A stretch of DNA of 47,480 bases, taken from assembly GCA_964554475.1 (NCBI GenBank), contig CAZKOT010000005.1:1-47480 (forward strand). Direction: 5' to 3'. Source of the stretch: an uncultured Christensenella sp. (GTDB lineage: Bacteria > Bacillota > Clostridia > Christensenellales > UBA1242). Shown one piece after another: positions 8,646 to 18,767 of this stretch (the first letter of the stretch is position 1; each line of letters starts with the position of its first letter). The position numbers and the translations under genes are program-made. The notes below the pieces were generated by a model. The model was not told the DNA's origin. It was given only the letters and a program-made list of their open reading frames with translations, and did no database searches.

Positions 8646-9608
8646 TTAACTCATTGCTTGCTCAAGTAGGACTAAATTTCTTGCCATTAAACTGAAATAG
8701 TCTTCTCCTGCAAGTTTTTCTTCTTCTGTTAAACTTTCAAATGTTGATAGAGGACGAAGCACAGAATTAGTGTTTTCGGCGATAGTTTGCATAATATCCA
8801 AGTTAGTTAAAGTTTGATAAAAAATTATTGAAATTTCTTCATTGTTTATGGTGTTAATAACTTCGTTAATTGTTGCTTGATCTGGGTCTTCTTCGGAATC
8901 AATCCCGTTAAGTGAAATTTGATTTAAATTATAGGTTTCAGCTATGTAGCCAAAAGCTCTGTGTGACACCACAAATGTTTGTTTTGCAAGTGCGAGCGGA
9001 TTTAGTTTTTGCGTGTATTGCTCTTTTAATCCATCAATTAAAATCTCATTTTTATTATAATTTAATTGGTAGTAATCTGTATTTGATGGGTCAATATTAA
9101 TTAAAGCATTTTTAATGTTTTCCATTTGCTTTTTCGCATTGTCAAGATTAAGCCAAATGTGAGGGTCATTTCCGTGGTGCGTATGAGATTCTTCCTCTTC
9201 TTCAGATAGTTCGTCTTCGTGAATTTCAATTGTTGTTGTTCCTGCTGAAGTTGTAATTATTTTTGAAAATATTTCAGAAGATACATCTTCAATCCAAGAT
9301 TCAAATCCCAAACCATTAATTAAAATTAAATCTGCATCATTAAGCTCCGACATTTGTTTTGTTGTTAGTTCAAAATGATGAGCATCTTCTCCAGATGAAA
9401 GAATATTAATTACTTCAACTTTATTGCCACCAATTTTTTTTGCAAAATCATAAAGAACATAAAAACTTGTGTAAACCTTTAAAGTCTCAGTTTTATTATT
9501 GTTATAACTGTCATAAATAAACCAACCTAAAAAACCCGCACCTCCAACACCTAGTGCAATTAATAATCCTATTACAACATATTTGATTATTAGATTTTTC
9601 GACATCAT
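8646..9608 (-). CDS. znuA: metal ABC transporter substrate-binding protein (ZnuA/AdcA/TroA family) with acidic/His-rich loop
   Basis: 320 aa. HEDELSEEEEESHTHHGNDPHIW loop is typical of zinc-specific cluster A-I binding proteins. N-terminal TM helix, with no cysteine before the mature domain. Confidence 0.8.
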   Translation of the reverse strand: MMSKNLIIKYVVIGLLIALGVGGAGFLGWFIYDSYNNNKTETLKVYTSFYVLYDFAKKIGGNKVEVINILSSGEDAHHFELTTKQMSELNDADLILINGLGFESWIEDVSSEIFSKIITTSAGTTTIEIHEDELSEEEEESHTHHGNDPHIWLNLDNAKKQMENIKNALINIDPSNTDYYQLNYNKNEILIDGLKEQYTQKLNPLALAKQTFVVSHRAFGYIAETYNLNQISLNGIDSEEDPDQATINEVINTINNEEISIIFYQTLTNLDIMQTIAENTNSVLRPLSTFESLTEEEKLAGEDYFSLMARNLVLLEQAMS

Positions 9609-9617
9609 TGTCTCCTA

Positions 9618-9676
9618 AATGCAAATGATTTGCAATTACAAACAAAATATTAACATAATAAATATTTTATGTCAAA
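9618..9676 (-). promoter_or_regulatory. znu operon promoter with a 7-1-7 palindromic operator (Zur-type architecture)
   Basis: On the minus strand: TTGACA (9670-9675), 16-nt spacer, TAATAT (9648-9653). Perfect palindrome TGCAAAT-n-ATTTGCA at 9621-9635 lies between the -10 and the RBS. Confidence 0.55.
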
Positions 9677-9941
9677 TATTATTAATTAATAAAAATAGGG
9701 AAAAAAATATTATTTGATAAATAATAAAAGCATTAATTATTAATTTTTTTAATTGAGTTTATCACAAAATAGCAATAAGCATAATTTCAATCTCATTTTT
9801 TCGAATTTAAAGTTTTTACTTGACTTACTTTTTTTACAATGGTAATTTTAAAATGAAAAAATTTAAAAAAAATTTTTAAGCAATATTTCTAAAAAAGAAA
9901 AAATAAAAAATTTTAATTTTTATAAAAGGAAAAAAATAATA

Positions 9942-10790
9942 ATGAGATTTTTCAGTGTGTTTTCACACAAAAAAGTAAAAATTGGATTAGCACTTGGAGG
10001 TGGTGGAGCAAGAGGTTTTGCTCATCTTGGTGTAATAAAGGCATTTGAAGAATATGGATTAAAATTTGACTTTATTGCTGGAACAAGTATTGGAAGTATA
10101 ATTGGAGCTTATTATGCTGCCGGTTATGATTATGAAAGAATGTATCAAATTGCAAAAGAAATTGATGTAAGAGATTTACGAACAAATAGAATTTTTTTTA
10201 TGCCCTCAAAAACTGATGGGCTTGAAAAATTAATTACAGAAACACTTGGAAACATTAACATAGAGGATTTAAAAATTCCTTATGCAGCGGTTGCGGTTGA
10301 TTTAAAAAGCACGGAAGAAATTTATTTTAGTAAGGGAAATTTGGCAAAAGCAGTTGCTGGGAGCTGTTGTGTTCCGGGCTTTTTTCATCCAGTTGAATAT
10401 GATGATTATTTGCTTGCTGACGGTGGACTTCGAAATACTCTTCCTTCTAATGTTTGTAAGTTAATGGGATGTGATTATGTTGTTGCTGTTGATATAAACA
10501 AATCTAGGGGATATGGAACTGAATCTTCGAAAGTTCTTGATGTTTTAGCATGCACAATAAGAATTTTGATGAAAAGTAACGTTGTTAAAGGTTATCTTTT
10601 CGCTGATGTTGTTTTAAGACCTGAAACAAAAAAATTTAAAGCAACAAAAAAAACAGGTTTTGAAGAAATGATTGAAGAAGGTTATAAAGAGGCAATTGAA
10701 AATATGGACAAAATTTTAAAGCTTTACAGTAATAAACCTATGAGCAAAAGAAAGAAAAGAAAATTTTTAGAAGATAATGAGAAGTTTTAA
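9942..10790 (+). CDS. patatin-like phospholipase
   Basis: 282 aa. GGGGARG oxyanion motif, GTSIGS nucleophile elbow, ADGG catalytic Asp motif. Confidence 0.85.
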   Translation: MRFFSVFSHKKVKIGLALGGGGARGFAHLGVIKAFEEYGLKFDFIAGTSIGSIIGAYYAAGYDYERMYQIAKEIDVRDLRTNRIFFMPSKTDGLEKLITETLGNINIEDLKIPYAAVAVDLKSTEEIYFSKGNLAKAVAGSCCVPGFFHPVEYDDYLLADGGLRNTLPSNVCKLMGCDYVVAVDINKSRGYGTESSKVLDVLACTIRILMKSNVVKGYLFADVVLRPETKKFKATKKTGFEEMIEEGYKEAIENMDKILKLYSNKPMSKRKKRKFLEDNEKF

Positions 10791-10914
10791 CAAAATTTTC
10801 ATATAAGTAATGATGTAAAAAAAAATAATAGTCATTTATTATTTTGATATAATTTTTTAAAAAAATGAGAGATTAGGCGGACAAAATTATAATACAAATG
10901 TTAAAGGTTGAGAG

Positions 10915-12033
10915 TTGAGTAGTAAAAGAACAAATCTAGTTTTTAGAATTATTATTTGCCTAATTTTTGTTGGGGCATTAAGTTTAAGTTTCATTTTTGA
11001 ATCATCTATTTATAGAGCACTTAATTACGAATATGTTCAAAATTCACAAGCACTGACAGAAGCAGAACTTGTTGTTCATTTTATTGATGTTGGTCAAGGT
11101 GATGCTATTGCAATTTCTTTTCCAGATAACAAAACAATGCTTATTGACAGTGGAACGAGAGAAAGTAGGGAAAGTTTAATCTCTTATTTAAATTCAAATG
11201 TCCTCTTTAATTCCTTGAAAATTGATTATTTTTTAGTTACTCATCCAGATGAAGATCATATCGGCGGGAGTGTGGCTGTTTTTGAAAATTTTGAGATAAG
11301 TAAATTTTATCGTCCATTAGTTTACACCGAGCAAGAAGTACAAGATGACCCCTCTCTTGTTAATGTTGCAATAAAAGATACAATAATTTTTAATGATATG
11401 ATTAGCATATCCAAAAATGAAATTGATTGCGAGATTGACTTTTTTGAACCAAGTGAACCTTCAATTGTTGGGGAGGATTGGACAATTGAATTCCTTTCAC
11501 CCATTTCTTTTCCTCTTCCAAATACGAATAGTAATAATTTTTCTCCCATGCTAATGCTTTTTTATCAAGGAGTAAAAATTCTTTTTACGGGAGATACTCA
11601 AAACGAAATTGAACAAGAGGTTTTGAATGCATATAGTTTTGATATGGAAAAATTAAATGCTGATATTTTAAAAGTTGGACATCATGGCAGTAATACATCT
11701 AGTACAGCGGAGTTTTTGTCCGCAGTAAGTCCCGAATTTGCAGTTATAAGTGTTGGAAGGAATAATAAATTTAATCATCCAAAAGATGAAGTTTTACAAA
11801 GACTTAATAGCGTTGAAAGTGAAATTTTTAGAACAGATGACAATGGTAGTGTTGTTTTTGGATTAACTGATGCCGGAAAAATTATTGTTAATTATGATTA
11901 TAAAGAAAGAATATCTCTTAAGGTTGAATTATGGCAAATTTATTTACCGACAACCGTAATAGGTAGTGCTTTAATTATGACAATTAAGAAAAAAAATTTA
12001 AAACAAAAAGTAAAAAAAGCTCTTTGGGAATAG
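10915..12033 (+). CDS. membrane-anchored metallo-beta-lactamase protein (ComEC/Rec2 C-terminal-domain-like)
   Basis: 372 aa with TTG start. VHFIDVGQGDAI, THPDEDHIGG and KVGHHGSNTSS motifs. N- and C-terminal TM helices. Confidence 0.7.
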   Translation: MSSKRTNLVFRIIICLIFVGALSLSFIFESSIYRALNYEYVQNSQALTEAELVVHFIDVGQGDAIAISFPDNKTMLIDSGTRESRESLISYLNSNVLFNSLKIDYFLVTHPDEDHIGGSVAVFENFEISKFYRPLVYTEQEVQDDPSLVNVAIKDTIIFNDMISISKNEIDCEIDFFEPSEPSIVGEDWTIEFLSPISFPLPNTNSNNFSPMLMLFYQGVKILFTGDTQNEIEQEVLNAYSFDMEKLNADILKVGHHGSNTSSTAEFLSAVSPEFAVISVGRNNKFNHPKDEVLQRLNSVESEIFRTDDNGSVVFGLTDAGKIIVNYDYKERISLKVELWQIYLPTTVIGSALIMTIKKKNLKQKVKKALWE

Positions 12034-12044
12034 TTTCAAATAAC

Positions 12045-12123
12045 AAATTACATAATACAAAATACAAATAAGGAAACACAAAAAATTTTTAACTCTCAAC
12101 TCTCAATTCTTCACTCTCAACTT
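12045..12123. repeat. solo ACAAAATACAAATAAGG arm followed by a CTCAA-type repeat tract
   Basis: aatacaaaatacaaataagga (12056-12076), then aactctcaactctcaattcttcactctcaactt (12091-12123). Same two motifs as at 7092..7176. Confidence 0.7.
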
Positions 12124-12298
12124 AAAATATTACTTTCGTCAACAAGTGAGTGCAAGGTATTTAAAATTAATTATAAATTACAAAAAAATATGTCATATTC
12201 CTTTTGTTTTTAAAGTTAAATGTTTTAGAATAAATTATCTAATTAAATGATTTTTTGGCAAAATAGATTAAAATTTAAAAATATGCAAAAAATTATTT

Positions 12299-12358
12299 AA
12301 AAACTATATGTTGTGGTGATAATTTTGTTTGACACTAGATATTGTGTTTTGATAGTAT
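12299..12358 (+). promoter_or_regulatory. two NrdR boxes overlapping the nrdDG promoter
   Basis: aaACTATATGTTGTGg (about 12300-12316) and ACACTAGATATTGTGT (12332-12347), with equivalent positions 31 bp apart. TTGACA (12329-12334) and TGaTAGTAT extended -10 (12350-12358). Confidence 0.7.
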
Positions 12359-12604
12359 GTAAATGTTAAAGAATTTTTTTAAAATTTATATATATGGAAG
12401 GGGAGTTGACTTTTGACAAATTGCGGAATTTTATACGAATATTAGCCCGACCCGTTTGATTAACGGGATGAAACAATAAGGAAAATTGTTAAAAAATTAA
12501 TCGCGGTTTTTCTTAATGTTTTTTGTTTAAAATCTCGGTTACATCTTTCACTGCAATAAAATAAATTCTTAAAAAAATCTTTTAAAAAACAATGAGGAGG
12601 AATA

Positions 12605-14698
12605 ATGGTTACAAAAGTACTAAAAAGAGACGGAACTTATGAGAATTATAACATTGACAAAATCACGGATGCAATTTTTAAAGCGGCAGTTGCTTGTGGC
12701 GGAAATGATAGAACAATCGCCGAAAAACTTGCAAAAGAGGTTGAGGAGATTATAAATAATTCCATAATCGGCACAGTTCCAACAGTTGAAGAAATCCAAA
12801 ATGTTGTCGAAAAGGTTTTGATTGAGAATAGGCATGCAAGAGTTGCGAAGGCATATATTCTTTATCGTGAAAAAAGAAAGCAGGCAAGAGAAAATAATGC
12901 CCTTGTTGGAGCAACCATTGAACTTTTTGAAGATTATTTGGATGATAGGGATTGGATGGTTAAGGAAAATGCTAATATGCAACGAAGTATTGCAGGTTTA
13001 AATAATTATGTTCGTGAGGCATTTACAAAAAAATATTGGCTTAATCAAATTTATCCTAGTGAAATCAGCGATGCTCATCAAAGCGGAGCAATTCATTTGC
13101 ATGATTTAGGCTTTTTGGGTGCGTATTGTGTAGGATGGGATTTAAGAGCAATTTTAACCGAAGGTTTTACAGGCGTTGTTGGAAAATTGAGCAGTAAGCC
13201 ACCGAAACATTTAAGAACATTTTTGGGTCAAATTGTCAATGCTACTTTTACAACTCAAGGTGAAACTGCTGGTGCTCAGGCATGGAGTTCTTTTGACACG
13301 TATTGTGCTCCTTTTATTCGCTATGATGGTCTTACACCAAAACAAGTTAAGCAATCAATTCAAGAGTTTGTTTTTAATATGAATGTTCCAACTAGAGTGG
13401 GTTTTCAATGCCCGTTTAGTAACGTAACTCTTGATTTAAAATGCCCAAATACTTTAAAAGACCAACCTGTTATTATTGGAGGTGAGGTTAAAACTGAAAC
13501 ATATGGAGATTTTCAAGCTGAAATGGACATGTTTAATCATGCTTTTTGCGAAGTCTTGTTAGAAGGTGATGCATCGGGTAGAGTTTTTACTTTTCCTATT
13601 CCCACAATCAATGTTACAAAAAATCTTAATTGGAACAGTCCAATTATTGATGATATTATGGAAATTACTTGCAAATATGGAATTCCTTATTTTGCAAATT
13701 ATTTAAATTCCGACCTATCACCCGATGATGCGGTTTCAATGTGTTGTCGATTAAGACTTGATGTTAAAGAACTTCGAAAGAAAGGAGGAGGACTTTTTGG
13801 TTCGAATCCACTTACAGGTTCAATTGGAGTTGTTACAATAAATTTACCCAGAATTGGATACTTGGCAGGAAACGAAGAAGAGTTTTTTATTCGTTTAAAA
13901 AGACTTGCTAACCTTGCTAAAACTTCTCTTGAAATTAAAAGAAAAGTTGTTGAAAAATGGACTAATGCAGGGATGTATCCTTATTGTAAATTTTATCTTA
14001 AAGATATTAAAGCTCGCACGGGGAGTTATTGGTCAAATCACTTTAACACAATCGGCATTGTTGGTATGAATGAAGCAATAATGAATCTTTTGGGAAAAGA
14101 AGAAAACATAACAACTCAAAATGGTCAAACCTTTGCAATTAAGGTTATGAAATACCTACGCGAACTTATGGTGCAATTTCAAAGCGAAACGGGCAATCAA
14201 TATAATTTGGAGGCAACACCAGCAGAAGGAACTAGTGCAAGACTTTCAGGAATTGACGTCAAACGTTTCCCTGACATAATCACTTCGGGAATAGAACGAG
14301 CATACTACACTAACAGTACCCAAATTCCAGTAGGTTACACGGATGATATTTTTGAAGTTGTTAAACTTCAAGACGAACTTCAAAGTCTTTACACAGGTGG
14401 AACTGTTCTTCATCTTTATTTGGGTGAGCGGATTGAGGACAAAGAAATTTGCAAGAATTTAATTAAGAAAATTTTCACAAATTCAAAAATGCCCTATATT
14501 TCCATTACTCCAACGTTTAGCGTTTGCAAAGAACATGGCTATTTAAAAGGCGAGGTGTTTTCTTGTCCTACTTGTGGTGAGAAAACCGAAGTTTGGTCGC
14601 GCGTTGTTGGCTACTTACGACCGATTCAAGATTTTAATGAGGCAAAACTTGAAGAATATAAGAATAGAAAAAATTTTGTTATTCAAAAAATAAGTTAG
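12605..14698 (+). CDS. nrdD: anaerobic ribonucleoside-triphosphate reductase (class III)
   Basis: 697 aa. N-terminal ATP-cone (VLKRDGTYENYNIDKI), C-terminal CPTCG zinc site and glycyl-radical motif RVVGYLRP. Confidence 0.93.
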   Translation: MVTKVLKRDGTYENYNIDKITDAIFKAAVACGGNDRTIAEKLAKEVEEIINNSIIGTVPTVEEIQNVVEKVLIENRHARVAKAYILYREKRKQARENNALVGATIELFEDYLDDRDWMVKENANMQRSIAGLNNYVREAFTKKYWLNQIYPSEISDAHQSGAIHLHDLGFLGAYCVGWDLRAILTEGFTGVVGKLSSKPPKHLRTFLGQIVNATFTTQGETAGAQAWSSFDTYCAPFIRYDGLTPKQVKQSIQEFVFNMNVPTRVGFQCPFSNVTLDLKCPNTLKDQPVIIGGEVKTETYGDFQAEMDMFNHAFCEVLLEGDASGRVFTFPIPTINVTKNLNWNSPIIDDIMEITCKYGIPYFANYLNSDLSPDDAVSMCCRLRLDVKELRKKGGGLFGSNPLTGSIGVVTINLPRIGYLAGNEEEFFIRLKRLANLAKTSLEIKRKVVEKWTNAGMYPYCKFYLKDIKARTGSYWSNHFNTIGIVGMNEAIMNLLGKEENITTQNGQTFAIKVMKYLRELMVQFQSETGNQYNLEATPAEGTSARLSGIDVKRFPDIITSGIERAYYTNSTQIPVGYTDDIFEVVKLQDELQSLYTGGTVLHLYLGERIEDKEICKNLIKKIFTNSKMPYISITPTFSVCKEHGYLKGEVFSCPTCGEKTEVWSRVVGYLRPIQDFNEAKLEEYKNRKNFVIQKIS

Positions 14699-14760
14699 GA
14701 GGAAATAGTAAGGTGGAATGTCAAGACTTCATTTAACATTTCACCTTATTATGTTTTTAG

Positions 14761-15435
14761 ATGAAAATCGCTGGTTTTGTTAAAAATTCATTTGTGGATT
14801 ATCCAGAAAACATTTCAGCCGTTGTTTTTACCAGCGGCTGTAATTTTAACTGTTGGTATTGTCATAACAAATGGTTAATTGAGGGTGAAATAGCGAAAAT
14901 TTCTCCAAAAGAGATATTTGATTTTTTAAAAAACAGGCTAGGATTTTTAGATGGGGTTGTTATTACAGGCGGTGAGCCCACACTACAGAAGGATTTAATT
15001 GATTTCATAAAAAAAATAAAAAAAATAAATTATAAAATAAAACTTGATACAAATGGAACAAATCCCGAAATTTTAAAAAAACTTTTAAATGAAAAACTTT
15101 TGGATTATGTTGCAATGGATTTAAAAACAACACTTTCAAAATATGATGTGTTGACGGGAAAAAAAGTTGATATTAAAAAAATTAAACAATCAATAGATTT
15201 AATTTTAAATAGTGGAATTGATTACGAATTTAGAACAACTTTTGTTCCTGGCGTTGAAATTTCTGATATTGAAGAAATGGTAAAATTAATTAAGGGTGCG
15301 AAAAATTATTATTTACAAAAATATAATCCACAAAAAGACCATGTTTTAACAATTCCACACACAAAATCTCAAATTTTAGAAGTTGCCGAAATAGCAAAAA
15401 AATATGTTGAAAATGTTTATATTCGAGGGTATTGA
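14761..15435 (+). CDS. nrdG: anaerobic ribonucleotide reductase activating protein (radical SAM)
   Basis: 224 aa. CNFNCWYCHN radical-SAM cluster motif and GGEPTLQ. Directly downstream of nrdD. Confidence 0.88.
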   Translation: MKIAGFVKNSFVDYPENISAVVFTSGCNFNCWYCHNKWLIEGEIAKISPKEIFDFLKNRLGFLDGVVITGGEPTLQKDLIDFIKKIKKINYKIKLDTNGTNPEILKKLLNEKLLDYVAMDLKTTLSKYDVLTGKKVDIKKIKQSIDLILNSGIDYEFRTTFVPGVEISDIEEMVKLIKGAKNYYLQKYNPQKDHVLTIPHTKSQILEVAEIAKKYVENVYIRGY

Positions 15436-15477
15436 CATAAATAGATTTGCTCACAATAAAAAATTGTTTTAAAAAAA

Positions 15478-15501
15478 AATACTTAAAATAAGTATTTTTT
15501 T
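15478..15501 (+). terminator. Rho-independent terminator after nrdG
   Basis: aatactta (15478-15485) / taagtatt (15489-15496) plus T-run. Confidence 0.6.
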
Positions 15502-15505
15502 ATGA

Positions 15506-15562
15506 ACTAAATTACAAAACTAAATTATAAAACTAAATTACAAAACAAATTACAAAACTATA
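15506..15562. repeat. tandem ~13-nt AT-rich repeat (AAACTAAATTACA)n
   Basis: aactaaattacaaaactaaattataaaactaaattacaaaacaaattacaaaacta. Confidence 0.7.
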
Positions 15563-15581
15563 AAAACGAATATAAAAAAAA

Positions 15582-15610
15582 TTGACAGTGGAATTTTTTT
15601 GTGATAAAAT
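15582..15610 (+). promoter_or_regulatory. sigma-A type promoter of the fatty-acid synthesis cluster
   Basis: TTGACA (15582-15587), 17-nt spacer, TGaTAAAAT extended -10 (15602-15610). Confidence 0.6.
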
Positions 15611-15690
15611 ACTTTGAACTTCAAAATGTTTTTTTTTATTTAATTAACATTTCGTTCACAGCTAATATTCTTATAATCAAGGAGAAAAAA

Positions 15691-15915
15691 ATGTTTGAAA
15701 AAATTAAAAAATTGATTGAAAATAAATTAAATATTTCAGCAGATAAAATTACTTTAAAATCCAAACTTAATGAGGACCTAGGCATTGACAGTTTGGATGC
15801 TGTTGAACTATTGATGGCACTAGAAGAAGAGTTTGGAATTACTGTTGATGATAAAGCAGCACAAAGTTTTAATTCAGTTGCAGACATTGTTTCATATGTA
15901 GAAAAGATTTCCTAA
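15691..15915 (+). CDS. acpP: acyl carrier protein
   Basis: The track ORF starts at GTG 15601. The internal ATG at 15691 follows AAGGAGA and gives a 74-aa ACP with the LGIDSLD phosphopantetheine site. Confidence 0.9.
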   Translation: MFEKIKKLIENKLNISADKITLKSKLNEDLGIDSLDAVELLMALEEEFGITVDDKAAQSFNSVADIVSYVEKIS

Positions 15916-16054
15916 AGTTTAAAGTAAGGCAAGTTTGCTATTACTTTTATTTTTTTTACATAAAACATATTAAATTTATATATTTCAAATGTTAGAATAA
16001 AAATCCGTTACATTTGAAAAAATTTTCAATTCTACAAACAAAATGAGGACTTTT

Positions 16055-16543
16055 ATGATTGATAAACAAATAACTCAAGTTCAAGAAATCATTGATAATT
16101 TCGAAAAATCTAAATTAACTTTTCTTGAACTTGAAATAAAAGACATTAAAATTAAATTAAGTAAGAATAAAAATTTTGAAAACTCTGTCAATTTTTCGAA
16201 AGAAATTATTGATACTTCAAAAAACGAACAATTTTTGCAAAAAAATGAAATAGAAAACGAGGCAAGAGTTCAGAGTGTTCAAGCTAAAAATGTTGAAGTT
16301 AAATCACTTTTGGTGGGAACGTTTTATGCTGGTAATTGTCCTGATGCAGAATCTTTTGTGAAAGTTAATCAAAAAGTGACAAAAGGACAAACACTTTGCA
16401 TTATTGAAGCAATGAAAATTATGAATGAAATCGTTTCACCAGTTGATGGAATTATTGCTTCTATAAAAATTAATAATGGGGAACCAGTGGGTTTTGAGCA
16501 AGTTCTCATGACCATTGAAAAGTGTGATGATTATGCAAAATAA
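16055..16543 (+). CDS. accB: acetyl-CoA carboxylase biotin carboxyl carrier protein
   Basis: EAMKIMNEI biotinyl-lysine motif. Start taken at ATG 16055 after GAGGA (track ORF starts 16043). Confidence 0.88.
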   Translation: MIDKQITQVQEIIDNFEKSKLTFLELEIKDIKIKLSKNKNFENSVNFSKEIIDTSKNEQFLQKNEIENEARVQSVQAKNVEVKSLLVGTFYAGNCPDAESFVKVNQKVTKGQTLCIIEAMKIMNEIVSPVDGIIASIKINNGEPVGFEQVLMTIEKCDDYAK

Positions 16544-17900
16544 AATTTTAATTGCAAATCGTGGAGAAATCGCTGTTAGAATAATTCGTGCCTGTAAAGA
16601 ATTAGGCATTGCTTGTGTTGCTGTTTATTCAAAAGCAGACAAAGATAGTTTGCATGCAAAATTTGCTGATGAAGCAATTTGTATTGGTGAAGCAAAAAGT
16701 GGGGATAGTTATTTAAATATTAATAATATGATAAGCGCGGCAGTTGCAACAGGATGCAATGCAATTCATCCCGGATATGGATTTTTGTCTGAAAATATGA
16801 AATTTGTTCAAATAATTGAAAGATGTCAAATTAAGTTCATTGGTCCTAGTAGTGCAACTATTGCAAAAATTGGAGATAAAATTTCAGCAAAAAAAATTGC
16901 AAAAGAAGCAAAAATACCTGTAATGGAGGGCTCTGATGGACCTTGTGAAAATGTTGAACAAGGATTGTGTGTTTGCAGTAAGATTGGTTATCCAATTTTA
17001 ATAAAAGCAGTTAATGGTGGTGGTGGCAGAGGTATTTTACTTGTAGAAAATGAATTTGAATTTCCAAAAGCTTTTGAAACCGCTTCGATGGAAGCTATGG
17101 CAAATTTTGGGGATAAATCTGTTTATATTGAAAAATTCATTGAGAATCCTCGTCATATTGAGGTGCAGATTTTGGCAGATAAAGAAGGAAATGTTATTTA
17201 TTTGGGTGAGAGAGACTGTTCTATTCAAAGACGCAATCAAAAGATGATTGAAGAATCTCCAAGTCCCTATGTTTCTGATGCATTAAGGAAAACTTTAGGC
17301 GAAGCATCTGTTAAACTTGCAAAACTTGTTGGATATGAAAGCGCGGGCACAATGGAATTTCTTGTTGACGAGAAAGGGAATTATTATTTTATGGAAATGA
17401 ATACGCGTATTCAAGTTGAGCATCCTGTTACAGAGTTTGTTACTGATGTTGATTTAGTAAAAGAACAAATAAAAATAGCTTATGGCGAACCATTAAGTTA
17501 TAAACAAAGAGATATTAAAGTTAAAGGACATGCTATTGAATGTCGTATAAATGCCGAAGACCCTTTGAACAAATTTTGCCCAAGTCCTGGTGTAATTAGT
17601 AATCTTGTTATACCCGGAGGAAATGGGGTGAGGATAGATAGCCATATTCACAATAATTTTGTTGTTTCACCATATTATGATTCTCTTCTTGCAAAACTTA
17701 TTACTTACGGACACACTAGAATGGAAGCAATTAAAAAAATGCGGTGGGCACTTGAAGAATTTATTATTGATGGAGTTAAAAACAACATTGAATTTTTGTA
17801 TATCATTATGTATAATCCCAACTTTGTTAAAGGAATGTATGATACTAGTCTTATAAAAAAAATTTTAGAAATAGCAAAGGAAAACAAAAAAGATGAATGA
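16533..17900 (+). CDS. accC: acetyl-CoA carboxylase biotin carboxylase subunit
   Basis: KILIANRGEIAVRIIRACKELGI N-terminus and ATP-grasp motifs (MEMNTRIQVEHPVTE). Start uncertain between 16515 and 16533. Confidence 0.93.
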   Translation: MQNKILIANRGEIAVRIIRACKELGIACVAVYSKADKDSLHAKFADEAICIGEAKSGDSYLNINNMISAAVATGCNAIHPGYGFLSENMKFVQIIERCQIKFIGPSSATIAKIGDKISAKKIAKEAKIPVMEGSDGPCENVEQGLCVCSKIGYPILIKAVNGGGGRGILLVENEFEFPKAFETASMEAMANFGDKSVYIEKFIENPRHIEVQILADKEGNVIYLGERDCSIQRRNQKMIEESPSPYVSDALRKTLGEASVKLAKLVGYESAGTMEFLVDEKGNYYFMEMNTRIQVEHPVTEFVTDVDLVKEQIKIAYGEPLSYKQRDIKVKGHAIECRINAEDPLNKFCPSPGVISNLVIPGGNGVRIDSHIHNNFVVSPYYDSLLAKLITYGHTRMEAIKKMRWALEEFIIDGVKNNIEFLYIIMYNPNFVKGMYDTSLIKKILEIAKENKKDE

Positions 17901-18765
17901 TTTTTTAGAGGATAGAAAATCGAAAATTTTGTTATTCAAAACAGATTTTCGCAAGAAAAAAATTGAAAATGAAAAAATTAATATTCCCGAAGGATTATTT
18001 ACAAAATGTGAAAAATGCGGTGAATTGATTTTTAATGATGATTTAGTTCAAAACAATAAAGTTTGTCCAAAATGTAATTTTCATTTTAATTTGACAGCTA
18101 GAGAAAGAATTGAAATCACTTGTGATAAAGATAGTTTTGTTGAATTGTTTCTAAATTCAACAATCGCTGATCCCTTAAATTTCCCCGATTATGAAGAAAA
18201 AATTAAAAAATATCAAAAATTGACTGGTGAAAATGATGCTTTCGTATGTGGAGAAGCAAGCATAAAAAAAAATAGATGTGCAATTGGAGTGCTTGATAGT
18301 AATTTTATGATGGGTAGTATGGGTTCTGTGGTTGGAGAAAAAGTTACAAGTCTTGTTGAACATGCAACAACACAAAAACTTCCTTTGGTGATTTTTTCAG
18401 CAAGTGGAGGTGCAAGAATGCAAGAAGGTATTTTTTCACTTATGCAAATGGCAAAAACTTCTGCTGCATTAAAGCGCCATAGTAATGCAAAACTTTTGTA
18501 TATTAGTGTTTTGACAAATCCTACAACTGGAGGAGTTGCCGCCAGTTTTGCATCTTTAGGAGATATTAATATCGCTGAACATGGTGCATTGATTGGTTTT
18601 GCAGGTCAAAGGGTAATTAAGCAAACAATCAATCAAAGTTTACCAGAAGGATTTCAATCTGCTCAATTTCAACTTGCAAAGGGTGGAGTTGATTTGGTAC
18701 TTAATAGAAATGAAATTAAATCAGTTATTGCAAAATTAATTTTACTGCACAAACTTGGAGATTAA
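17893..18765 (+). CDS. accD: acetyl-CoA carboxylase carboxyltransferase beta subunit
   Basis: 290 aa. N-terminal CxxC...CxxC zinc ribbon (CEKCGE...CPKCNFH) and carboxyltransferase core. Confidence 0.92.
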   Translation: MNDFLEDRKSKILLFKTDFRKKKIENEKINIPEGLFTKCEKCGELIFNDDLVQNNKVCPKCNFHFNLTARERIEITCDKDSFVELFLNSTIADPLNFPDYEEKIKKYQKLTGENDAFVCGEASIKKNRCAIGVLDSNFMMGSMGSVVGEKVTSLVEHATTQKLPLVIFSASGGARMQEGIFSLMQMAKTSAALKRHSNAKLLYISVLTNPTTGGVAASFASLGDINIAEHGALIGFAGQRVIKQTINQSLPEGFQSAQFQLAKGGVDLVLNRNEIKSVIAKLILLHKLGD

Positions 18766-18767
18766 AT

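Noticed and set aside
12360-12604. Cobalamin riboswitch in the nrdD leader.
   Set aside because: No B12-box-like sequence (AGYCMGGAGACCKGCC type) or conserved core is visible. It is reported only as an unexplained long leader.
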